45,922 nucleotides of DNA from Bacillota bacterium. Its GTDB lineage: Bacteria; Bacillota; Clostridia; Christensenellales; QALW01. The notes under the pieces are model-generated. The model made no database searches and had not been told where the DNA came from. It was given only the letters and a program-made list of their open reading frames with translations. The position numbers were made by a program, and so were the translations under genes. Below, one piece after another: positions 28,105 through 37,656 of the stretch; position 1 is the first letter of the stretch; every line of letters starts with the position of its first letter. Where the stretch lies: contig JAQXIQ010000148.1 of assembly GCA_029007865.1 (NCBI GenBank), forward strand, positions 1 to 45,922. Reading direction: 5' to 3'.

Positions 28105-28265
28105 TACGCTGCTGAGCCCCGACGCGCGCAAACGCGGCCGGCTCCCGCAGGGAGCGCGCCGCCGCAGGCGGCGCAGGGCCGAAGCACAGCCGTGCGAGGC
28201 CCGGCCGCGGCGGAGCCGAGTAAACACAAAGGCCGGCCGGAGAGAAAATTCCGCAGTTATTCCGC
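28105..28265. repeat. GC-rich multi-hairpin intergenic repeat element, copy 2
   Basis: Shares the 26-bp core and flanking hairpin layout with 5325-5450; ends approximate. Confidence 0.75.
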
Positions 28266-28346
28266 AGACAAGCCAAGAATACCGCCGCCGAAGAAATAAC
28301 AATACCGTAATACAAAAAACGAATAATCCCTCTAAAGGAGTCCGAA

Positions 28347-29060
28347 ATGAAAAATATCATAACTTACGAAAACCTGCATTATTTCGCATACTCAAACGAT
28401 AAACTGTGCCGGGGCAAGGTAAAAGGCATTGTCCTGGACTTCTTCGGACTGGGCGCCCAGTTAATGTATGACGATCACCCATGGGGAAGAGAGCTTGCCC
28501 TGCAAAATATAATACTGGTTATACCGTATAACAATCCGTGGGCTTGGATGAACAGACAGGCCGTGGACTATACTGACGAAATAATTGATGTTTTGTTTGC
28601 GCATTACGGCATAAATGACCTGCCCATCGTTGCAAGCGGAGGCAGTATGGGAGGATTATCTGCCCTTGTATATAGTGCGTATGCACGCCGCACTCCGGTG
28701 CGCTGCGTTGCCTCCTGTCCGGTATGCGATCTGCCCTATCACTATACAGAGCGCCCGGATCTGCCCCGTACTTTATACAGCGCATTTTTTAGCTGTGCTG
28801 ATATGGATTCCGCGCTCAGAAGCGCATCTCCGCTGCATCTTGCCATGGACGGCAGGATGCCGGATATAGATTACTTTATCTTTCATTGCAGCCGAGATTC
28901 CGCAGTAAACATCAACGCGCACTCGGAAAAGCTTGTAAATATACTCAGGCATAACCGCCGCGTGGAGTACGCAATAGTCATGGACCGCGACCACTGCGAC
29001 CTGACGGAACAGGCGCTGTGCGAATACCGCAAAAGCATAACCGACGCATTTTGCCATTAA
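28347..29060 (+). CDS. Alpha/beta hydrolase (esterase/S9-like)
   Basis: Nucleophile elbow GGSMGG; SPL; Asp in CSRDSAV; His in RDHCD; AAGGAG RBS. Confidence 0.85.
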   Translation: MKNIITYENLHYFAYSNDKLCRGKVKGIVLDFFGLGAQLMYDDHPWGRELALQNIILVIPYNNPWAWMNRQAVDYTDEIIDVLFAHYGINDLPIVASGGSMGGLSALVYSAYARRTPVRCVASCPVCDLPYHYTERPDLPRTLYSAFFSCADMDSALRSASPLHLAMDGRMPDIDYFIFHCSRDSAVNINAHSEKLVNILRHNRRVEYAIVMDRDHCDLTEQALCEYRKSITDAFCH

Positions 29061-29065
29061 TGAAT

Positions 29066-29102
29066 ATGCGGCAGCGGCCTTGCCTCTGCCGCATGATTTT
29101 TT
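29066..29102 (+). terminator. Intrinsic terminator
   Basis: ATGCGGCAG...CTGCCGCAT followed by a T-run. Confidence 0.65.
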
Positions 29103-29143
29103 AACCCTGCCGGAGCATTACGCATATGTTTACGGCATGCGCT

Positions 29144-29914
29144 TTACCCGTTTTTATGCTGCACTCCGTTATTGTCAACACTGTAATTTTCCGTATATAT
29201 CAGTTCGGAAACAGAGACTATCTGATAGCCCTGTTTTATAAGCGAATCCAGAATTGCAGGCAGTGCATCCAGAATATACTTTGAATTGTTATGGAACAGT
29301 ATAATGTCTCCCGCCTTTACCTTTTTTACCGTGCGGTCTATCATGTCCTGCACGCCGAGTTCTTTCCAGTCCAGCGAATCTATTGACCATTGTATACAGT
29401 GCATGGACATATCGTTAACCGTCTGAACCACAGCGTCGTTATAATCGCCGAAGGGCGGACGGAAAACCGTAGGAGCCGTACCCGTAAGTTCCTTTATTTT
29501 ATCGTTTACGGCGGCAAGCTCCAGCTTCATCTGCTCCTGAGTCAGCTTTGTCATTCTGGGATGATTTGCCGAATGGTTCCCGATTTCAAACCCGCGTTCC
29601 GCAATGGACTTAACCTTATCCGGATACTTATCCACCCAGAACCCTACCAGAAAAAAGGTAGCGTTTGCTCCTTTTGAGTCCAGTATATCCATAATACCGT
29701 CGGTTTTATCGGCTCCCCACGCCGCGTCAAAGCTCACGGCGACTTTTTTAGCCTTAGTGTCCACGCTGTAAACCGGCTTTTTGGCTGCAAGCGCCGCCGC
29801 CGGCGCATCACTGTTCCCCACAGAATACAGTACGGCGGTAAGCGCAATAAGCAGACACGCTAACACCGCCACTATACCGGAGCGTTTTACAAATAAGATT
29901 CTCATACGGTGCAT
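29144..29914 (-). CDS. pdaB: Polysaccharide deacetylase, PdaB-like sporulation family
   Basis: SFDAAWG, ATFFLVG, HSANH, FRPPFG, WSIDSLDW, ILFHN; N-terminal TM. Confidence 0.8.
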   Translation of the reverse strand: MHRMRILFVKRSGIVAVLACLLIALTAVLYSVGNSDAPAAALAAKKPVYSVDTKAKKVAVSFDAAWGADKTDGIMDILDSKGANATFFLVGFWVDKYPDKVKSIAERGFEIGNHSANHPRMTKLTQEQMKLELAAVNDKIKELTGTAPTVFRPPFGDYNDAVVQTVNDMSMHCIQWSIDSLDWKELGVQDMIDRTVKKVKAGDIILFHNNSKYILDALPAILDSLIKQGYQIVSVSELIYTENYSVDNNGVQHKNG

Positions 29915-30064
29915 CCGTCCCCCTTACACGGTTAATTCCGGGATGCTTCCTGCATTATCCCGGTTTTTATATATAAAAGCTATGACGGAGGTCACACCTG
30001 TATACCGCTTATACGAAATATCTGGCAATATTGCATATTTTTTTATTTTTTATGGCATTCTTTG

Positions 30065-30093
30065 TTGACTCTTGACATTTTGTCACATATAAT
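30065..30093 (+). promoter_or_regulatory. Sigma-A promoter
   Basis: TTGACT-N17-TATAAT. Confidence 0.6.
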
Positions 30094-30126
30094 ATAATTG
30101 TAAGGGAAAAATATATTTTTTTACTT

Positions 30127-30153
30127 CAAAATGTGACAATTCGTCACATTTTG
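30127..30153. promoter_or_regulatory. Putative operator: perfect 11-bp inverted repeat
   Basis: CAAAATGTGAC-AATTC-GTCACATTTTG. Confidence 0.65.
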
Positions 30154-30225
30154 CCGATTGAAACAAGCAGGGGGGAGAAAAGCCGCTTGATATGCGGTAA
30201 ATAACTAAAAAGGAATGACAAAAAA

Positions 30226-30740
30226 ATGATAAGAGCTAACCTTTCAAATGAATACACTCTGGATCAACTGAGAAACGCCGAGGACTTTTTAGCCCGGATA
30301 GACGAGATCTGCTATTCTCTTGTAAAACTTCGCAGAGAATACAGCGCCCTGATAACCTCGTCCGGGCCCAAGGGCTACGTATGCCAAAGCGTGGAATGCG
30401 GCCCACAGAAGTCAACATGCGGAATAAGCGCAGAATTGCTCACCCAGCGCATATCCGAGCTGTCCAGCCGCTATCAGCAGCTATATGACCTGCTGTGTCT
30501 GCTTAGGCAGGATCTGAAAAAAATAAGCAAAACAAAAGAATTTATGCTGCTGTATCTGAGATTCAAAAGGGCTTAAACGCCGCGGAAACCACCGCGCGTA
30601 TGAACAGCTCGGTAAGGAATTATTACCGCATACGCCAACGCGCTCTTTATCCGGTATGTGAAAGCCTTCTAAAAACCGAGCTGGGCAGAAAGGTCCTGCA
30701 AAATGGCAGCTCCGCGGTCCTGCACAGATATTTCAGATAA
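30226..30740 (+). pseudogene. Frameshifted ArpU/RinA/DUF1492-like (sigma region-4-type HTH) regulator
   Basis: ORF 30226-30576 ends LLYLRFKRA*; the -1 frame from 30570 reads GLNAAETTARMNSSVRNYYRIRQRAL... to TAA 30738-30740. Confidence 0.65.
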
Positions 30741-30753
30741 AGACGCATAAAAG

Positions 30754-30781
30754 CCGCGCAGAGCAAGCTTGCTCTGCGCGG
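30754..30781. terminator. Perfect 28-bp palindrome between convergent genes (terminator)
   Basis: CCGCGCAGAGCAAG|CTTGCTCTGCGCGG. Confidence 0.7.
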
Positions 30782-30793
30782 ACAATTGAAACC

Positions 30794-31123
30794 CTACTGC
30801 TCAAAGGAATCGCACGGGCATTTTCGCCTCTTTGCAGTCTCCGGCTGGGAAATATGAACGGTATCAGCCGTACATACTCCGTCCTTATTGTGGACACAAC
30901 CCGCCGCATCACAGGAAATACCGGTATCGCGGCAAACACAGAAATCATTTTGTCCGATTTCGTTCTTCAGATTGCTGATCTCCTCTCTGCGTCTCGGTTT
31001 ATAGGTTCCGCAGAAAACAGTCCGGCAGTCTCCGCCGCTGACGCATACCTCGATGTGCCGCCTGACACAGTTGCAATCGCTGTTATGTGCACAGCTGACT
31101 GCGCCGCATTTTATAACGCTCAT
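30794..31123 (-). CDS. DUF1540 domain protein (two Cys-rich repeats)
   Basis: Two copies of CxxxxCxHN...C..I.(V/I)...C.(T/S)(Y/F); AAGGAAGG RBS. Confidence 0.8.
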   Translation of the reverse strand: MSVIKCGAVSCAHNSDCNCVRRHIEVCVSGGDCRTVFCGTYKPRRREEISNLKNEIGQNDFCVCRDTGISCDAAGCVHNKDGVCTADTVHISQPETAKRRKCPCDSFEQ

Positions 31124-31281
31124 TGTGCTACCTTCCTTCGGCTGACGATTTCATGCTTATTCTGCACCGCAGAGCCGTGTATTATACTGTAAATTACAGG
31201 AATAAAAAACGCATTTCCGGGCATAATAAGGGCAAATAAAAGCACGAAAGGAGTCTCCGGACGCCGGAGGATACTGCAGCA

Positions 31282-31521
31282 ATGGATTCTATATCTCATA
31301 TTAAAAGACAGGTGGAAGCCTATGTGGGAAAAAACGTTACTATAAGAGCGGACCGCGGGAGAAAACGCAAAAGCGAATATACCGGCACGCTGACCGGAGC
31401 ATACGCAAATGTGTTTACACTCTCCTGCATCCTGAGCGGGGTGGAACAGAATCTGACATATTCCTACAATGATATACTGACGGGGAATGTACTGTTTCTC
31501 AAAGACAAAAAGGGCGCCTGA
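31282..31521 (+). CDS. veg: Veg family protein
   Basis: ADRGRKR, Y.NVFT, TYSYNDILT; GGAGG RBS. Confidence 0.9.
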   Translation: MDSISHIKRQVEAYVGKNVTIRADRGRKRKSEYTGTLTGAYANVFTLSCILSGVEQNLTYSYNDILTGNVLFLKDKKGA

Positions 31522-31557
31522 AGGGCGCGCAAACAGGAAGTTTAAGCTATAAAAAAT

Positions 31558-31603
31558 ACAGCACACCGCGCTTGACTGAAAACCAAGTGCAGTGTGCTTT
31601 TTT
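31558..31603 (+). terminator. Terminator downstream of veg
   Basis: AGCACACCGCGCTTG...CAAGTGCAGTGTGCT followed by a T-run. Confidence 0.65.
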
Positions 31604-31649
31604 GAAATACATACAAAGCAACTAACGGAATTTGCCGCTGCATTATCCT

Positions 31650-32172
31650 GATTGCTATTTTTTCTTATATAATGACCTTCCTGAACAGCCGCAAAGGTTG
31701 CTGCTGCACATACCGGTACGGCAAGATAAACCAGCGCAATACGGCTGACGAAAAGCGGCATCGCAAATAAAAGCAAGCCTGTAACTTTATTTGCGACGGT
31801 ATGGAGCATTATGATTTTCTTTTGCAATACCGTCCCGGATATGATATTTATCAGTTTAATAATTGCAATTACGGCAATCCAAAGCCATAACCAAAGCCGT
31901 ATTTGCAAACGCGGGAGAATTTTAATCAAACATACGGCCGCAAATATTAAATCTGCCGCGCTGTCCAGTTTTGCTCCGGATTCGGAGGCCGCTTTTGTTT
32001 TTCTGGCCACAAAGCCGTCCAGCATGTCACTTATTCCCGCGGTAATGTAAAGCACATAAAATGCCGCAGAAAATGTCGTAACCGGCAGTAAAACAAAACC
32101 GCATCACATCCGAAAAACTGTAATAATATCCGCTATTAAAAACCGCGCCTGAATTGCATTTGTTTTTATCAA
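31650..32172 (-). pseudogene. CDP-alcohol phosphatidyltransferase family gene, probably disrupted
   Basis: SDMLDGFVARK..GAKLDSAAD signature; in-frame TGA at 32104-32106 in IADIITVFRM*CGF; no stop after QEGHYIRK (reads through to 31120); ends approximate. Confidence 0.7.
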
Positions 32173-32291
32173 GCAAAACCCTATCGGTACGCCGTAAAAG
32201 GGATACCTGATAAATGAATACGGCAGCGCAATACAGCCGCCCGGGCCGATATATAAGCCACCCGGTACATGTTCCGCTCAGGCAGCAGCGG

Positions 32292-32885
32292 CTATTTTAT
32301 CATGCTGCGTATGCGAAGAGGAACACCGAGGTCCGCGCAGAGCTTTTTGCAGGCCTCCTGCTCCTGCGGCGGAAGCACATCCACAATGCTGAAAATAACC
32401 TGCGGCACATACCGCTTGGCCTTAACCGCAAAATCCAGCATTGCGTCAAAGCCCTGCTCGCCGTACCGACAATTGCACTGACGCTGATATTCCTGCGCAT
32501 TTGAGGCATTGAGACTGATGGACAGAACATCCACAAGCCCTTCCATGCGAGGCGTAACATCATATCCCGCGATAAGGGAAGCATGACCGTTTGTGTTTAT
32601 GCGCACTCTGCCGCCGTTTTGCTTGACATACGCCGCCGTCCGCAGCAGCGCGTCCAGCCGCTCGGTGGGCTCACCGAAGCCGCAGAAAACGATTTCCCTG
32701 TACTGCCGGGGATCGCCTATCAGCTTTATTACCTCATCCGCTTCCGGCTCCCTGTCCAGCCAAAGATTGTAATCCGCCATGCCGTCATGGTTGTTGCGGA
32801 CGCAGAATACGCAGCTGTTGCTGCATCTGTTGGTCAGATTGATGTACAGCGAATCCTCAAGTTGATATACAAATGTGTCCTTCAT
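32292..32885 (-). CDS. TatD-associated radical SAM protein
   Basis: YINLTNRCSNSCVFC (CxxxCxxC); VFCGFGEPT; RINTNG; immediately downstream of tatD. Confidence 0.9.
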   Translation of the reverse strand: MKDTFVYQLEDSLYINLTNRCSNSCVFCVRNNHDGMADYNLWLDREPEADEVIKLIGDPRQYREIVFCGFGEPTERLDALLRTAAYVKQNGGRVRINTNGHASLIAGYDVTPRMEGLVDVLSISLNASNAQEYQRQCNCRYGEQGFDAMLDFAVKAKRYVPQVIFSIVDVLPPQEQEACKKLCADLGVPLRIRSMIK

Positions 32886-32902
32886 GTTTTACTCCGTTAC
32901 AT

Positions 32903-33670
32903 TTATTCTATCCCGAAAAGCCTGCGGGCATTATCCCTTGTAATGACGGCGGTTTCCTCCGGACTGAGATTCCACAGCTCCGCCAGCCGTGCATTGACTA
33001 TTGCCACCCTGGAAGGGTCGTTGCGCTCTCCGCGGAACGGGACCGGCGTCATATACGGACTGTCCGTTTCTATAAGCACTCTGTCCCTCGGAGCATAAGC
33101 CGCCGCCTCTGGAGCCAGCCGGGCGCTCTTAAATGTGATAAGGCCCGTAAAGGAAATGTACAGCCCCAGGTCCAGATACTCCCGCGCGGTCTCACGGCTG
33201 CCGGAAAAGCAATGCACCACGCCCTTTGTTGTGCCGCGCTCCCGAAGCAGAGACAGCATATCGGGCAAGGCATCCCTCTCATGCAGTATTACCGGCTTGT
33301 CCGCGCGCGCCGCCATATCCAGCTGCCTGCGGAGCGCCTCAAGCTGAGCCTTGCGCGGGACTCCGTCATAATGATAGTCCAGCCCTATTTCTCCCACAGC
33401 CGCGCATTTGGGATGGTTAAGCATTTCGGTCAGAGCCGCCAGTGCGTCGCCGTCCATTTCCGCAGTCTCATGCGGATAAAAACCGCAGGCGCAGTAGATA
33501 TAATCAAAGCTCTCCGCATACGCAAGCGCCGTCCTGCCGGAAGCAAGGTTTGTGCCGCACCAAAGAATATTCTCCACGCCCTTGGAGGGCAGCGAGCAAA
33601 GCAGCTCCTCGCGGTCGGCATCAAAGGCCGGGTCGTCCATGTGGCAGTGTGAATCAAACAGGTGCATCAT
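32903..33670 (-). CDS. tatD: TatD family hydrolase/DNase
   Basis: DSHCH, VGEIGLDY, ILHERDA, VHCFSG, ETDSPY. Confidence 0.93.
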   Translation of the reverse strand: MMHLFDSHCHMDDPAFDADREELLCSLPSKGVENILWCGTNLASGRTALAYAESFDYIYCACGFYPHETAEMDGDALAALTEMLNHPKCAAVGEIGLDYHYDGVPRKAQLEALRRQLDMAARADKPVILHERDALPDMLSLLRERGTTKGVVHCFSGSRETAREYLDLGLYISFTGLITFKSARLAPEAAAYAPRDRVLIETDSPYMTPVPFRGERNDPSRVAIVNARLAELWNLSPEETAVITRDNARRLFGIE

Positions 33671-34722
33671 TGTCTTATCTTCATATCCCCGTCTTTAATC
33701 CAGCCCAGCTTGCGGAACAGCAGCGTAAGCGCCCATACCAGCACTGCCGGAAGTATAAAGTGCAGCACGCCTATTTTAAGCAGTACAGACCACCATACCT
33801 CGCCTGCGGCGGTCATTTCGGTAAATGTCCCTATGCAGCCTACCAGTCCGCTGGTACCCATGCCGGCGTTTATGCCGAAGTTCTGCATCCCGAAAACGGT
33901 GGTGGCAAGCGGCCCCAGCACCGCGGAGACGATTATCACAGGCAACCATATAACCGGCTTTCTGCATATATTGGGCACCTGCAGCATGCTGGTGCCTATG
34001 CCCTGGGAGATCACGCCGCTCCAGCCGTTATCACGGAAGGACGCCACCGCAAAGCCTACCATATTGACACAGCAGCCCACGGTAGCGGCTCCGGCCGCAA
34101 GACCGGACAATTCCAGCATTGCGCACAGCGCCGCCGAGGATATCGGAGCGGTGAGCGTCATGCCCACTATCACGGATATTACAATGCCGTAAAAGATGGG
34201 GCTGCGGGTGCAGGCATCATTTATAAACATACCCACGGTTTTGAGCAGCCAGCCGAACACCGGGCTGACGAACATGGCTGCCAGCCCGCCCGAGAGCAGC
34301 ACTCCAAGCGGAACCAGTATTATGTCCACCTTGGTCTTGCCGGCATACAAACCGGCAATTTCGGCGCCTACCAGCGCGGCTACAAACGCACCTGCCGGCC
34401 CGGCGGCATAGCCGTTAAAACTGGCCACACAGCCCAAAGCTCCGGTAACGGCGCTGGAAAACACGACCAAAGGCTTATGCTTCAGTCCGTAAGCCACCGC
34501 AACTCCTATGGCGGCGCCCACTATGGGATTGCTCATAGCCATATTGGTGCCGTTGCTGCTTATAAGATCATTCAGAAAGGAGCAATACGGTATTTTGCTC
34601 AGCTGCATTATAATAGTACCTATTATAAGGGTGGCAAACAACCCCAGCGCCATATAGCTCAGCCCGTCTATGAACCACCGCTTCATCAGACGGAAAAACA
34701 GATTACTCTTTTTTTCTTCCAT
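33667..34722 (-). CDS. PTS EIIC-like membrane protein (PfoR/PfoS-type, EIIC_2)
   Basis: MALGLFATLIIG, KTKVDII, PISSAA, QGIGTSMLQVPN, AGMGTSGLVG; ATG 34722 with GGAGG RBS. Confidence 0.85.
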   Translation of the reverse strand: MEEKKSNLFFRLMKRWFIDGLSYMALGLFATLIIGTIIMQLSKIPYCSFLNDLISSNGTNMAMSNPIVGAAIGVAVAYGLKHKPLVVFSSAVTGALGCVASFNGYAAGPAGAFVAALVGAEIAGLYAGKTKVDIILVPLGVLLSGGLAAMFVSPVFGWLLKTVGMFINDACTRSPIFYGIVISVIVGMTLTAPISSAALCAMLELSGLAAGAATVGCCVNMVGFAVASFRDNGWSGVISQGIGTSMLQVPNICRKPVIWLPVIIVSAVLGPLATTVFGMQNFGINAGMGTSGLVGCIGTFTEMTAAGEVWWSVLLKIGVLHFILPAVLVWALTLLFRKLGWIKDGDMKIRQ

Positions 34723-34857
34723 GCTACCCTCCCATGTCTCCCTCTCGGATTTATATAATATAATATTTCGTTTTATGATTTCGTCAAGCAAATTCGGCAT
34801 TATACGCCCTGTCAGAAGATGATTATACGGCTTTTGCCGGGCTGAGCCGATATAAAG

Positions 34858-34886
34858 TTGCCAAAAAGTTTGCGGGGTAGTAAAAT
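34858..34886 (+). promoter_or_regulatory. Sigma-A promoter upstream of the MATE gene
   Basis: TTGCCA-N17-TAAAAT. Confidence 0.55.
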
Positions 34887-35090
34887 AAACAACTGCGCCT
34901 CTCCGGTTTTTATCAGCAAGGCCGGATGCTGTTAAACATTGCCGCCCGCGGTTTGCTCCGCTGTCGGGCAGATATCATCACAACGCACCGCAAAACATCC
35001 GCACCGCCTGCGTAAGACTTCAAAACACAAACGGCGGCGCACTATGAAAGGAACTTGCCCGCAGCCGCGGGCAGGCAACAGGTAATCAAT

Positions 35091-36473
35091 ATGCTTTCAC
35101 AAACACAGCGGCTGGGAACCGAAAGCCCCGGAAAACTGCTCTTTAAGCTGTCTCTGCCCGCAATCGCGGCTCAGATAGTAAACCTTGCATATAATCTGGT
35201 AGACAGAATGTATATCGGGAATATACCGGGGACAGGGCAAGCCGCCCTGACCGGAATGGGCGTATGCCTGCCCCTTATAATGCTGATAACGGCGTTTTCC
35301 AACCTTGTAAGTATGGGCGGAGCGCCGCGGGCTTCCATTTTTTTGGGCAAAGGCGACCAACAGAACGCCAGGCATACCATGGCCAACTGCTTAACGATGC
35401 TGCTGATTATATCCGCAGTGCTTACAACGGTGTTTTTGCTGTTTGCAAGGCCTCTGCTGCTGCTTTTCGGCGCCAGTGAAAACACCATAGAATACGCCGT
35501 GGATTATATGAGCATATATGCCGCGGGCACTGTTTTTGTGCAGCTCACCCTGGGCATGAACGCTTTTATCACCGCACAGGGCTTTGCCCGTACAGGCATG
35601 CTCACGGTTATTATCGGCGCAGCGCTCAATATAGCGCTTGACCCGCTTTTTATATTTGTTTTTGATTTCGGCGTCAAGGGAGCCGCCATAGCCACCGTGA
35701 TTTCACAGGCCGTATCCGCCGCGTGGGTGCTGATGTTCCTATCCGGCAAAAAAGCTACGCTTAAGCTTTGCCCCTCCCTTATGCGCTTAAAAGCAAGTAT
35801 CATACTGCCCTGTCTGGCCCTGGGTCTCTCGCCGTTTATAATGGGCGCAACGGAAAGCGTTCTGAATGTCTGCTTCAATACCTCGCTGTTAAAATACGGC
35901 GGAGATATTGCGGTATGCACAATGACGGTGCTCTCGTCGGTCATGCAGCTGGCAATGCTGCCTCTGCATGGGCTGACCCAGGGCTCCCAGCCCATAATAA
36001 GCTTTAATTACGGGGCCGGAGACTCCGGGCGCTGCAAGCGCACCTTTCGCCTGCTGCTTATATGCTGCGTGACATATTCCGCCGTTTTCGGTATTACCGC
36101 GATATGCGTACCCGAAATGTTTATAAAACTTTTTAACAGCGACCCCGACCTCATTGCCTTTGCGGTGCCCGCAATGCGCATCTATATGGCGGCCTGTGCA
36201 ATCTTCGGGATGCAGATAGCCTGCCAGCAAACCTTTATAGCGCTGGGCAATGCAAAATCGTCACTGTTTCTCGCCCTGCTGCGCAAGGTATTCCTGCTGA
36301 TACCGCTTATATATATCCTGCCGGCATTGCTTGAGAACAAGACAAACGCCGTATTCCTTGCCGAACCGACAGCCGACATTATTGCGGTTACCACTACGGT
36401 TATCCTGTTTTCGGTGCAGTTTTCCAAAGCCATGAAGGAGCTGGACAAAAAAAATACCATACAGGGCGTTTAG
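35091..36473 (+). CDS. MATE family efflux transporter (MepA-like)
   Basis: YNLVDRMYIG, LNIALDPLFIF, GAAIATVISQ, QPIISFNYGA; ~12 TM. Confidence 0.93.
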   Translation: MLSQTQRLGTESPGKLLFKLSLPAIAAQIVNLAYNLVDRMYIGNIPGTGQAALTGMGVCLPLIMLITAFSNLVSMGGAPRASIFLGKGDQQNARHTMANCLTMLLIISAVLTTVFLLFARPLLLLFGASENTIEYAVDYMSIYAAGTVFVQLTLGMNAFITAQGFARTGMLTVIIGAALNIALDPLFIFVFDFGVKGAAIATVISQAVSAAWVLMFLSGKKATLKLCPSLMRLKASIILPCLALGLSPFIMGATESVLNVCFNTSLLKYGGDIAVCTMTVLSSVMQLAMLPLHGLTQGSQPIISFNYGAGDSGRCKRTFRLLLICCVTYSAVFGITAICVPEMFIKLFNSDPDLIAFAVPAMRIYMAACAIFGMQIACQQTFIALGNAKSSLFLALLRKVFLLIPLIYILPALLENKTNAVFLAEPTADIIAVTTTVILFSVQFSKAMKELDKKNTIQGV

Positions 36474-36680
36474 CTCGCTAAGCCGCTCTGCCGGGTAATA
36501 TTCCGGCTTCGGTTACATTCCGTAAGCGGTTGTCAGGCAAGAAAAAAGCAGAAGCGGTTCCTCCCGGAACCCCTCTGCTCACCGTCGATGCCGATATTCC
36601 AGCCCGACACAAGCCGCAGTTATGTCATCATTATATATTATGCCGCTGCATTGCGCATGGGCAGACCGGCGCGCAAAGCG

Positions 36681-37370
36681 TTAACTGCCGCCAAGCCTTG
36701 CAAGCGCCTGCTGTGCCGCCGCCTGCTGTGCGGCTTTTTTTGTTTTTCCGGTTCCGCGGCCCATATTTTTGCCCGCAATCAGAACCGAGTAATCATATAT
36801 CCGTTCGTGTGCCGGCCCGCTCTGAGCCTCCAGCACATACTCCGGAAACGAAACCCCGTTTTTCTGCACCAGCTCCTGCAGACGGCTTTTATAGTCCACA
36901 GCCGCGCTGTAATCCGCCGTTATCTCCTGCATACGCCCTTCCATAAGCCGCAAAACAATACGCTGTGCCTCGGAAAAGCCTGCGTCCAGATATATTGCAC
37001 CGAAGACCGCCTCAAGTGCGTCGGACAGTATGCTGCTTTTATGCGCACCGCCGCATGCCAGTTCACCGTGACTGAGCCTGAGATAATCGCCCAGGCACAG
37101 GCTTTCCGCCGCCACAGAAAGAGGCTTCTCCGACACTATTGCCGCCCGTATGCGCGAAAGCTCGCCCTCCGCCTTATCGGTGCAGTGCAGGTATAAAAAT
37201 GTGCTTACGGCCAGCTCCAGAACGGCGTCGCCCAGATATTCCATGCGCTGATTACTGCCGTCCGCCTTATGCTCGCCCAGAAAGGACGGATGAGTAAGAG
37301 CCTGCAGCAGCAGGCTCTCATCCTTAAAGCTGTAGCCTATGGCCGCCTGTAATTCATCAAGCGAAGCCAT
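36681..37370 (-). CDS. rnc: Ribonuclease III
   Basis: ALTHPS, NQRMEYLGDAVL, DALEAVFGAIYLD, dsRBD DYKSRLQE..TKKAAQQAAA. Confidence 0.95.
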   Translation of the reverse strand: MASLDELQAAIGYSFKDESLLLQALTHPSFLGEHKADGSNQRMEYLGDAVLELAVSTFLYLHCTDKAEGELSRIRAAIVSEKPLSVAAESLCLGDYLRLSHGELACGGAHKSSILSDALEAVFGAIYLDAGFSEAQRIVLRLMEGRMQEITADYSAAVDYKSRLQELVQKNGVSFPEYVLEAQSGPAHERIYDYSVLIAGKNMGRGTGKTKKAAQQAAAQQALARLGGS

Positions 37371-37375
37371 AGCGC

Positions 37376-37600
37376 TTACTGCCTTGCTTCCAGATAAGCG
37401 GCAATATCCCCTACGGTACGGAGATTGGCAAGCTCCTCATCCGGGATCTCAATGCCGTACTGCTCCTCCAGGTCCAGCATAAGCGCCGCGACATCCAGAG
37501 AGTCCGCCTTCAGGTCGTCCACCAGGCTTGAATCCTTGGTGATCTTTGCCGGGTCAATGGCAAGCTGCTCCGCAACGGAAGCAATAATTTTTTCTAGCAT
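37376..37600 (-). CDS. acpP: Acyl carrier protein
   Basis: DLKADSLD phosphopantetheine site; GGAGG RBS supports ATG 37600. Confidence 0.95.
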   Translation of the reverse strand: MLEKIIASVAEQLAIDPAKITKDSSLVDDLKADSLDVAALMLDLEEQYGIEIPDEELANLRTVGDIAAYLEARQ

Positions 37601-37656
37601 AGCTTTTCCTCCAATAAATAAATTATATATGATGCCTGCAGATAACTGCAAAACCG

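Noticed and set aside
30562-30576. Programmed -1 ribosomal frameshift
   Set aside because: No canonical slippery heptamer in the right phase; a simple indel is more parsimonious
32104-32106. Selenocysteine or recoded TGA
   Set aside because: Position corresponds to a hydrophobic TM residue, no SECIS evident, and TGA is a normal stop in other genes of the window
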